From: a virus
Taxonomy: Duplodnaviria; Heunggongvirae; Uroviricota; Caudoviricetes
Direction: 5' to 3' (one strand)
Length of the DNA: 7,869 bases
IMG/VR virus record: IMGVR_UViG_2778261644_000009
Part shown: piece by piece, positions 1-5,583 of the stretch
How the letters are laid out: each line of letters opens with the position of its first letter
Position numbering within the stretch: the first letter of the stretch is position 1
Made by a program: the position numbers and the translations under genes
The notes under the pieces: generated by a model
Seen by the model: only the letters and a program-made list of their open reading frames with translations
What the model was told of the DNA's origin: nothing
Database searches by the model: none

Positions 1-12
1 AATTAGCTACCA

Positions 13-144
13 CCACAGAATTCTGTTAATCTTAACTTTTAAAGAGATTTGTACCCAAACAAAAGTCTGTTACCCCACCTATACAGAAAACTGTTAGATT
101 CAACCACAGAAAACTGTTAGACACCCCCACAGAATTCTGTTACC
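13..144. repeat. Array of five direct repeats (iterons), each with a 12-bp internal dyad ACAGAAnnCTGT followed by TA; putative initiator-binding sites of a replication origin
   Basis: Dyads at 15-26 (ACAGAATTCTGT), 59-70 (ACAAAAGTCTGT, degenerate), 83-94 and 106-117 (ACAGAAAACTGT), 129-140 (ACAGAATTCTGT); each preceded by a C-rich stretch; centres 20.5, 64.5, 88.5, 111.5, 134.5, i.e. 22-24 bp or multiples (about two helical turns). Window starts inside or just before the array, so it may extend upstream. Confidence 0.6.
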
Positions 145-148
145 TATT

Positions 149-206
149 AGATCATTTATTAAATTACTTATTAAATTATAATATTATATATTTATTTATA
201 TGATCT
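149..206. promoter_or_regulatory. AT-rich block, putative DNA-unwinding element of the origin
   Basis: About 46 bp of almost pure A/T (155-200) immediately after the iterons, flanked by inverted 6-mers AGATCA (149-154) and TGATCT (201-206), each with a GATC site; tandem TTATTAAATTA at 156-166 and 168-178. Confidence 0.4.
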
Positions 207-375
207 TTTGCCTTCCGGCGTTAAGCTTCACTCCCTGGCAAGCAGCCTTACTCCGCTACCTTTGGGCTTCGTGGCTGGCCCGTTCCGCTCACACCGAAAG
301 CAAAGCGTTACTTTCTTCGTGTAACTATCGTTGGCGGTAACGCCCACGAAGAAATACTATTGCGCTGTGCGCAGA
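207..375. other. GC-rich hairpin-dense island; candidate structured RNA or single-strand initiation/packaging signal, function unknown
   Basis: GC-rich in an AT-rich context, no ORF. Nested stem-loop: TTTCTTCGTG (312-321) pairs with CACGAAGAAA (345-354), enclosing GGCG-GTAA-CGCC (333-344, GNRA-type tetraloop). CTTCGTG also at 267-273. Small hairpin TGCGC-tgt-GCGCA at 361-373. Confidence 0.3.
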
Positions 376-437
376 AGAGTAATCACCTAACCAATCATAC
401 TGATTGCTTACGTGTTAACTCTATCTCTCTACCTCTT

Positions 438-595
438 AATTCCACTTCCTACATTCTGTAGTCGTGTAATTACTCGAAGAGAGAGCGGCTAAAGCTCAAT
501 TACACTCTGCTTTCCTCGTGTAATTTCACTAAGCCTCAATACAATTCCACTTCCTACATTTAATAACTCTCGTTATTCTCTGTAGTTGTGTAATT
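438..595. repeat. Two copies of a composite direct repeat: AATTCCACTTCCTACATT followed by CTGTAGTYGTGTAATT, the second copy with a 24-bp insertion
   Basis: Perfect 18-mer at 438-455 and 543-560. CTGTAGTCGTGTAATT at 456-471 and CTGTAGTTGTGTAATT at 580-595. YGTGTAAYT also at 318-326 and 517-525, and inverted (AATTACAC) at 498-505, giving mutually exclusive pairings 464-471/498-505 or 498-505/518-525. Confidence 0.6.
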
Positions 596-1107
596 GTTTT
601 CGGTGGAAAAGCCAGAGGCGACACCGAAAGAGAATTCTGATCTTATTAATCTTATCTATCTTAGTTAATCTTCTTACTTATCTTACTTACTTTATCTACT
701 TTATTATTAATAATAGCTTTATAAGCTCTCTGACGCAAGAAACAGAGTTCAGGAAGGGAATCACCTTAGAAAAGTGTTCTTTGCGTCATAATGTGTTTTA
801 TGAAGGATTCAGAGGTGTTTCATAACAGGAGTGTATAGAGGATACTTTAATTAATTAAATATAAGGGGTCTAAATGCTTCTCTAACAGCATTAAGCAGGG
901 TAGGGAATGGAAACGCATTGCCTACATATATAATCTCACTACAGGGCTTTACAGAGCGTTTTATAAAGTGACTCTCTATCTTATATCTACCATTACCTTT
1001 TCATATACCTAACAAATACAAAATAAGCCCCTTAAATAAGCCTCTGGCGAGCTAAACAACCTCTACATAAGAGAATGTATTGCTTTTATCAAAACTTCGT
1101 TAGAACG

Positions 1108-1127
1108 CGTTTTAGAGCGTTTTAGAC
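1108..1127. repeat. Perfect tandem duplication GCGTTTTAGA x2 (candidate operator) upstream of the early promoter
   Basis: GCGTTTTAGA at 1108-1117 and 1118-1127; related GCGTTTTATA at 956-965; adjacent 8-bp palindrome AACGCGTT at 1104-1111; about 90 bp upstream of the -35 at 1219. Confidence 0.5.
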
Positions 1128-1218
1128 AATAATGAAGAATAGCACCACACAGGAGAGCACGAATTGCTAAGAAAAAATGTAAGTGCATGAAAAAGATCAG
1201 ATTTTTTATGAAAAGGTA

Positions 1219-1247
1219 TTGACAAATGTTTCTTTATATGTAATAAT
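1219..1247 (+). promoter_or_regulatory. Sigma70-type promoter for the early operon
   Basis: TTGACA (1219-1224), 17-bp spacer, AATAAT (1242-1247); A/T-rich upstream; first gene starts at 1358 with SD AAGGAG (1346-1351). Confidence 0.5.
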
Positions 1248-1357
1248 AGGTATTAGAGGGACAGAAAACATTCTTCTCTAAATAATCAAAATCAATGCAC
1301 TTTGAAGCCGTCAGGCTTGCAAGGTGTTTTTTCTTTTAACTGAATAAGGAGTTTTTT

Positions 1358-1546
1358 ATGAAATGGTTTACATCGGAGCACGTCATCGAGGCATTTAAAA
1401 AAGGTGAGCTAACACGCCACCAAGTAGTAATGAACCGTAATATGGCAAGGAGTCGAGGTTATCCAGAGCGAGCAGCTTGCTTCAATGAAGCACTCAAGAT
1501 TATTGATGAACTAAGAAAAAATGAAAAAGAATCTGAAACAGAGTAA
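1358..1546 (+). CDS. Small hypothetical protein (62 aa), possibly regulatory
   Basis: ATG 1358 with SD AAGGAG 6 nt upstream; first gene after the promoter; stop 20 nt before the next SD-led gene. No recognisable motif. Confidence 0.55.
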   Translation: MKWFTSEHVIEAFKKGELTRHQVVMNRNMARSRGYPERAACFNEALKIIDELRKNEKESETE

Positions 1547-1565
1547 AGAATAGAAGGAGAAAACT

Positions 1566-1733
1566 ATGAGCGAAACTAAGAAACCAATTCCGCGCACTTA
1601 CCTACACGTTGACCCTGAAATCTTCAAGGTTTTATTTGCTGAAGCCAAGAAAAGGCAAATTATGGTCAGTGATTTGATGTTAGAAATCATTACTGAAGCA
1701 GCAGAGAACATCAAACAAAAAAAGGGTAAGTGA
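1566..1733 (+). CDS. Putative ribbon-helix-helix (CopG/Arc/MetJ-like) DNA-binding protein, 55 aa; absent from the supplied ORF track
   Basis: ATG 1566 with SD AAGGAG (1554-1559); translation MSETKKPIPRTYLHVDPEIFKVLFAEAKKRQIMVSDLMLEIITEAAENIKQKKGK; strand-like RTYLHVDPEIF followed by two amphipathic helices, the RHH pattern; stop TGA 1731-1733. Confidence 0.5.
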   Translation: MSETKKPIPRTYLHVDPEIFKVLFAEAKKRQIMVSDLMLEIITEAAENIKQKKGK

Positions 1734-1784
1734 TCCTCATTCACTTTAGTAGCGCATTAAGCGTGATTTATAAGGAGATTTTTA

Positions 1785-2438
1785 ATGATTAATGAAGAAC
1801 AATTTGTAAAAGTTCCTATGTGGATTCTAAAAATAAGCCAAGTAAACGGGCATAAATTTACAGATAGTGCTAAAAACCTTTACTGCTATCTGAAAGGGTT
1901 TGATCGTGCATTTCCCTCTTACGCTAAGATAGGCGATGTTTTTGGCATAACACCAAGAGCAGCAGAGGAAAGGGTTAAGAAATTGCTCGAAATGGGATTA
2001 ATTATAAAAGATGCACGACCAGGAAGTTCTAATGTCTATCAAGTGGTAGATATTCCACAAGAAGAAGCTAGACAAGAAGCCCAGACACAACAAGAAGCTA
2101 CTGTTAAAGCTGTTCCTGATCAGCTTCCCCCTACGGAAGATAATAAAGAGTCTTCTTTTGATGTTCTTGATGATTGGGATGCGCCTTTGCCGTGGGAGAC
2201 GGAAGAAACACCTGTTTCATCAAGTGAAAAAGTAGCTAATGATAATGAGGAGGATGTGTTAGAGAATTTTGCCTCTCTTATCTGCCAGCAGAAACACACC
2301 AGAACAGGAGGGGCATCATTTATTGAGTTTGCAAATTCACTAGCTTATAGATACGGGCTAAAGCTACCAAATGGTATTGAGGCATATTTTTCTAAGCATT
2401 ACCCAAATGTGTATGATGACTTTGATATTCCATTTTAA
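1785..2438 (+). CDS. Putative replication initiator / replisome organiser: N-terminal winged helix-turn-helix, acidic linker, C-terminus ending DDFDIPF (SSB C-terminal-tip-like)
   Basis: SD AAGGAG (1772-1777) 7 nt before ATG. N-terminal pattern LYCYLKGF...PSYAKIGDVFGITPRAAEERVKKLLEMGLII typical of phage/plasmid initiator wHTH; acidic stretch PQEEARQEAQTQQEA...; last seven codons (2415-2435) encode D-D-F-D-I-P-F, cf. E. coli SSB ...DFDDDIPF. Confidence 0.8.
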   Translation: MINEEQFVKVPMWILKISQVNGHKFTDSAKNLYCYLKGFDRAFPSYAKIGDVFGITPRAAEERVKKLLEMGLIIKDARPGSSNVYQVVDIPQEEARQEAQTQQEATVKAVPDQLPPTEDNKESSFDVLDDWDAPLPWETEETPVSSSEKVANDNEEDVLENFASLICQQKHTRTGGASFIEFANSLAYRYGLKLPNGIEAYFSKHYPNVYDDFDIPF

Positions 2439-2449
2439 TAAGGAGGGTT

Positions 2450-2728
2450 ATGATTCAATATTTAGTAAAAAATCAAGTAGACAGAATTCAGTGTAATGAC
2501 ACAGGAAAACGCATCTACGAAACACTTGCTTACCTCTATAAAGGAAAGCCAACACCGCTAAAATATAGCGATGTGTTACACCGAGCAGGGTGCTCTGAAG
2601 ATGGTTTAAAATTCTGGCTGAAACAGCTATCAAACTTCGGTGTTATAGAAATTAAAGAATTATCTTTCTCTACATTCAATCTCAAAAGACTAGATAAAGA
2701 AATAGAATTCATCTATTCCACTCTCTAA
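2450..2728 (+). CDS. Small winged-helix DNA-binding protein (92 aa), resembling the N-terminal module of the preceding gene
   Basis: Strong SD AAGGAGG (2439-2445... ) before ATG 2450; pattern IYETLAYLYKGK...LKYSDVLHRAGCSEDGLKFWLKQLSNFGVIEI parallels the wHTH of the 217-aa protein. Confidence 0.7.
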   Translation: MIQYLVKNQVDRIQCNDTGKRIYETLAYLYKGKPTPLKYSDVLHRAGCSEDGLKFWLKQLSNFGVIEIKELSFSTFNLKRLDKEIEFIYSTL

Positions 2729-2767
2729 AATCTCTCTATGTAATTAATATAAAAGGAAAACATTATT

Positions 2768-2884
2768 ATGATAGTAGCTATGTATTGGTTATTGTTCTTC
2801 CTCACGTTAGAAACATACTTTGGGGTGTTTTCCTTTAAAAGAAAAGGAAAAGTAAATGGCAAAAAGAAAAAACAACGTTGTTAA
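2768..2884 (+). CDS. Possible small hydrophobic peptide (38 aa); uncertain, may be spurious
   Basis: ATG 2768 about 10 nt after AAGGA (2753-2757); translation MIVAMYWLLFFLTLETYFGVFSFKRKGKVNGKKKKQRC; overlaps the start of the next gene in another frame; basic tail comes from A-rich sequence. Confidence 0.2.
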   Translation: MIVAMYWLLFFLTLETYFGVFSFKRKGKVNGKKKKQRC

Positions 2885-3266
2885 GAAAATCGGTGATTCA
2901 GCTTCTCTTCTAAGTAAACCTAAATCTATTCTAAGACGTAAAGATTTTAAAGAGCTAGTTACGCTCACCAAGCAAAATAGCGCCCCTGGCGAATGGAAAA
3001 CAGAGATCATAGAACATTCTCCCTCTGTGCCTTGTGGAGATGAATATATCGCATTACAAGAAATCTTATCTTCAACACCTGGTGTATTCTGGAAACCTAG
3101 AAAAAGAAAAGAGTATATCGTTGATAGCTCTGATTTGCGCAAATACCAGATTTTAGGATTTGAAGATTATAATCACTACGTCGGTTATCTCGCCACCAAT
3201 GGCCTAAATAATTTAGTTCCTGAATTCCAAATTCTATGTAATGCTGATCACTATGGAGACTTTTAA
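2856..3266 (+). CDS. Hypothetical protein (136 aa) with basic N-terminus; function unknown
   Basis: ATG 2856 after AAGGAAAAG; N-terminus MAKRKNNVVKK...; stop TAA 3264-3266 is 1 nt before the next start. Confidence 0.65.
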   Translation: MAKRKNNVVKKIGDSASLLSKPKSILRRKDFKELVTLTKQNSAPGEWKTEIIEHSPSVPCGDEYIALQEILSSTPGVFWKPRKRKEYIVDSSDLRKYQILGFEDYNHYVGYLATNGLNNLVPEFQILCNADHYGDF

Positions 3267-3267
3267 T

Positions 3268-3603
3268 ATGAACAAAAACACGTATGACACAATTTACTCA
3301 CTAATTAATTATTATGAGGATGATTACCTCCTGCCTTTAAACCGCGCTGAACTTGAAGCATACAAAGAAAACACGCCAGCGGCACTAAATGAGGCGTTTA
3401 AACACTGGGATTTAGCTGTGAATGCCTTTGAGCACCTCTCTAAGCGTGTAGAGATGCTCTGTAAGCGCGAAAACGCATATCTGACAGCCGATCAGGTATG
3501 GGAGCTATCAAACTGGATAGAAGATATTGAATCGGACGTTCGCTATGTAGGAGACGGACTTGTTGAACTAGCTCAACGCTTAGGCGCTATCACAGAAGAA
3601 TAA
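3268..3603 (+). CDS. Hypothetical acidic protein (111 aa from ATG 3268); function unknown
   Basis: Track starts this frame at 3241, but ATG 3268 has SD GGAGA (3255-3259) 8 nt upstream and sits 1 nt after the upstream stop; upstream in-frame ATGs lack an SD. Confidence 0.65.
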   Translation: MNKNTYDTIYSLINYYEDDYLLPLNRAELEAYKENTPAALNEAFKHWDLAVNAFEHLSKRVEMLCKRENAYLTADQVWELSNWIEDIESDVRYVGDGLVELAQRLGAITEE

Positions 3604-3632
3604 AAAAAGCAACAAAAAAGTTGTAAAATATC

Positions 3633-3661
3633 TTGACATTTCATCTATTGTATGTTAATAT
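3633..3661 (+). promoter_or_regulatory. Strong sigma70-type promoter with extended -10, upstream of the structural-looking gene block
   Basis: TTGACA (3633-3638), 17-bp spacer, TG at 3653-3654, TAATAT (3656-3661); a perfect TATAAT overlaps at 3659-3664; no ORF for about 280 nt downstream. Confidence 0.55.
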
Positions 3662-3792
3662 AATTATATAGGGTGATTATTTTTCCTTTATTGGTTCGAT
3701 ATTAAAAATTCTTCTTGTCGTTAAAGGGGAGTAAAATCTCCGCTCCCCGCTTCTCCTCCTCCTTAAGTGTCATTATTACCTCTTTTTTCCTT

Positions 3793-3824
3793 TGTTATGC
3801 ATACATCTTGGAGTATGCATAACA
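3793..3824. repeat. Perfect 12-bp inverted repeat TGTTATGCATAC / GTATGCATAACA with 8-nt spacer
   Basis: 3793-3804 is the exact reverse complement of 3813-3824; loop ATCTTGGA (3805-3812); no flanking U-tract on either strand, so not a terminator. Confidence 0.6.
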
Positions 3825-3852
3825 TAGGGTAATTACATAGGTACAAGTTAAT

Positions 3853-3884
3853 AAAAGGCGGCTTTAAATGCTGCCTTTTATTTT
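3853..3884 (+). terminator. Rho-independent terminator between the promoter at 3633 and the downstream genes
   Basis: Stem GGCGGC (3857-3862) / GCTGCC (3870-3875), one G-U pair, loop TTTAAAT, then TTTTATTTT (3876-3884); A-tract 3853-3856 upstream. Confidence 0.55.
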
Positions 3885-3946
3885 GCCCGTTATGCAACTT
3901 AAAAGTTGTATTTCTTACTTTAAACAAGGTAACAAGGTTTATATAA

Positions 3947-4159
3947 ATGTTGTTTTTAAATGATAAAGAGCAAATCATCAAGTATCGCGATGAAATGCTA
4001 AAGATCAATCCACAAATTACCGAAATGGTAGCTAAATACGCTGGGTGTTCTGTCGAAGAAGTGGAACGTTGTGTTGAAAAATATTTTTCTCCTTCTTCTC
4101 CGTCTACACCTTCCCTTAATGAATTAATCAAATTAAAAGCTAAGGAGATTACTAAATGA
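3947..4159 (+). CDS. Small hypothetical protein (70 aa)
   Basis: ATG 3947 with weak SD AAGG (3934-3937); stop TGA overlaps the next start (ATGA at 4156-4159). Confidence 0.5.
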   Translation: MLFLNDKEQIIKYRDEMLKINPQITEMVAKYAGCSVEEVERCVEKYFSPSSPSTPSLNELIKLKAKEITK

Positions 4160-4518
4160 TTATTGATTTAGACACTCTTTTTCCAAGTCGAAAGACTTTC
4201 ACAGATATTGTAAGTTATTGTACTGATCCGTTTGCCTCTGTAGAAAACAAGGTTTTTGCTTCTCTTCCTGCTGATGTTGAATGCGGAGACTTGATCACCA
4301 GCACTGGCGCTAAATATGAATCAGGAGATGATATCTATGTTGTTATGAGTGAATTTTTAACGGCTGGAGCAAATAAGCCTGTAGATGTTTTACGTAGCAA
4401 TGCTGGGCTTGTATGCATTAAAGCTGATGCGCTGAATGCTGTAAGTGAAGCAGCAAAAACAGCCTTAATTAAAAAAGGCTTCCAGCTTGAAGGCTTTAAT
4501 ACGGTTTTCACTTCTTAA
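4156..4518 (+). CDS. Hypothetical protein (120 aa); possible small virion accessory (decoration/scaffold-like) by position only
   Basis: SD AAGGAG (4142-4147) 8 nt before ATG 4156; coupled to the upstream gene; immediately precedes the 342-aa gene. No diagnostic motif. Confidence 0.7.
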   Translation: MIIDLDTLFPSRKTFTDIVSYCTDPFASVENKVFASLPADVECGDLITSTGAKYESGDDIYVVMSEFLTAGANKPVDVLRSNAGLVCIKADALNAVSEAAKTALIKKGFQLEGFNTVFTS

Positions 4519-4536
4519 TAAAAGGAATAATAATAA

Positions 4537-5565
4537 ATGATTCTAGGTAATGATTACGTTGATTTAGCTCCTCTGTTCTCTGCGCATAGCACTAGAAACT
4601 ATCTGCTTTCTACTCTCGACTTCACTGATCCGGTGGGCGTTAGTTCTCATAAAGTAGCTGTTTCCCAGCTTGTCGAAAGCAACGAATCTCTGTTCAACAA
4701 AGAAACCTCTCGTTTCTCTTCTGAACACAACGTTACTAAGCGAGAACAAGGTAAAGAATGGCTGATCGAGATCCCTTACTTCCTGCGTGAAGATGTGATC
4801 CGTCCTTCTGATGTTCAAGGCAAACGTAAACCTGGCACTGATTTCCAGGAAACACTCACTGATATCTACGCGGAATATGTTGCTAAACACAATGTTGCAT
4901 TCCAGCGTACAAAAGAGAGCGTGTTGGCGGCTTCTTTGTTCTCTGGCAAAACTTACACGCCTAAAACTGATGATGTTCTTATCGAATGGGGCAAGCTGTT
5001 TAACGTATCAGCTATGAAAGCCACTGTGAACGCTTCCAGCACTGACACCACGAAGATTTTTAAAGAATTTGATCAGATTGCTACTGACATTATCGAAAAA
5101 GCACAAAGCCAGGCGGCTGCTGTAGAGCGTATTGTTGTTTTCTGTAAGCCGGAAGCATTCTCTGCAATTCGATTCTCTGCGGGTATGGCAAACGCATTCC
5201 AGTATGTAAGCCCACTGGAAGAAGGGAACGTTGTGTACCAGCGTCGTGACCTGCTACCGGGGGTGACAGCGTTCACTATTCCAGGAACTAACATTGATGT
5301 TATTAAACTGGTAGATCCGCTACACCTTGCACATATGACCGCAGACGCTGTAGCGATTCCGAGGTTTGCTAAGGGGGCAGGTGTTTATGCCAACATCTTC
5401 GGGGCGGCTTCCAGCACCTTTGAACTGATTAATACCGCTCCTGCTGAGGTTTATAGCTATAGCTATGAATCTTCTCGTGGTGATGCTGTTAACGTTGTTA
5501 CAGAGAATAGCCAGATGGTTGTAAACCACGGCGTTGGCTTCTCCGTTCAAATCACTGTGAAATAA
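4537..5565 (+). CDS. Highly expressed 342-aa protein; putative major structural (capsid-like) protein, assignment tentative
   Basis: ATG 4537 after AAAGGA; codon usage visibly different from the AT-rich early genes (CTG, CGT, GGT/GGC, TCT, AAA, GAA, as in highly expressed enterobacterial genes); no signal peptide or nucleotide-binding motif; followed by the strongest terminator in the window. Confidence 0.85.
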   Translation: MILGNDYVDLAPLFSAHSTRNYLLSTLDFTDPVGVSSHKVAVSQLVESNESLFNKETSRFSSEHNVTKREQGKEWLIEIPYFLREDVIRPSDVQGKRKPGTDFQETLTDIYAEYVAKHNVAFQRTKESVLAASLFSGKTYTPKTDDVLIEWGKLFNVSAMKATVNASSTDTTKIFKEFDQIATDIIEKAQSQAAAVERIVVFCKPEAFSAIRFSAGMANAFQYVSPLEEGNVVYQRRDLLPGVTAFTIPGTNIDVIKLVDPLHLAHMTADAVAIPRFAKGAGVYANIFGAASSTFELINTAPAEVYSYSYESSRGDAVNVVTENSQMVVNHGVGFSVQITVK

Positions 5566-5583
5566 TATTTTAACGTGTAATAG

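Larger units (their letters stand above)
3668..3884 (+). ncRNA. Candidate promoter-proximal leader or small RNA (about 215 nt) ending at an intrinsic terminator; hypothetical
   Basis: Bounded by the promoter at 3633-3661 and the terminator at 3853-3884; contains hairpin GGGGAG(3726-3731)/CTCCCC(3743-3748), a pyrimidine tract (3751-3765) and a perfect 12-bp stem (3793-3824); no plausible + strand ORF. Confidence 0.3.

Noticed and set aside
420-600. Possible CRISPR array given the repeated units
   Set aside because: Only two copies of the long unit, irregular spacing, repeats of unequal length, no spacer-like unique segments of constant size.
640-720. Cluster of TTATC-containing 9-mers as DnaA boxes
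   Set aside because: Matches to TTATNCACA are only 5-7 of 9 and arise from simple CTTA/TTATCT repetition; too weak to call.
586-825. 79-aa ORF from the six-frame track (TTG start)
   Set aside because: Lies inside the repeat-rich, AT-rich non-coding region, has no SD, starts on TTG, and its translation is low-complexity Ile/Leu/Tyr runs produced by TTATCT-type repeats; almost certainly not coding.
1304-1336. Hairpin AAGCC/GGCTT (1305-1318) followed by T-rich sequence as a terminator before the first early gene
   Set aside because: Stem only 5 bp and the T-run starts about 8 nt after the stem; at best a weak pause or attenuator.
3241-3267. Upstream in-frame ATGs (3241, 3253) for the 111-aa gene
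   Set aside because: No SD upstream and they overlap the end of the preceding gene; ATG 3268 has a proper SD and coupled stop/start. Kept as a possible N-terminal extension only.
3691-3703. GGTTCGAT resembling a tRNA T-loop
   Set aside because: No acceptor stem, anticodon arm or the remaining T-arm consensus (GGTTCGAATCC) around it; not a tRNA.
3868-3969. 33-aa ORF starting at ATG 3868
   Set aside because: Start codon lies inside the terminator stem-loop and the peptide is low-complexity.
4811-5017. 68-aa + strand ORF inside the 342-aa gene
   Set aside because: Alternative frame fully nested in the highly expressed gene; no start context.
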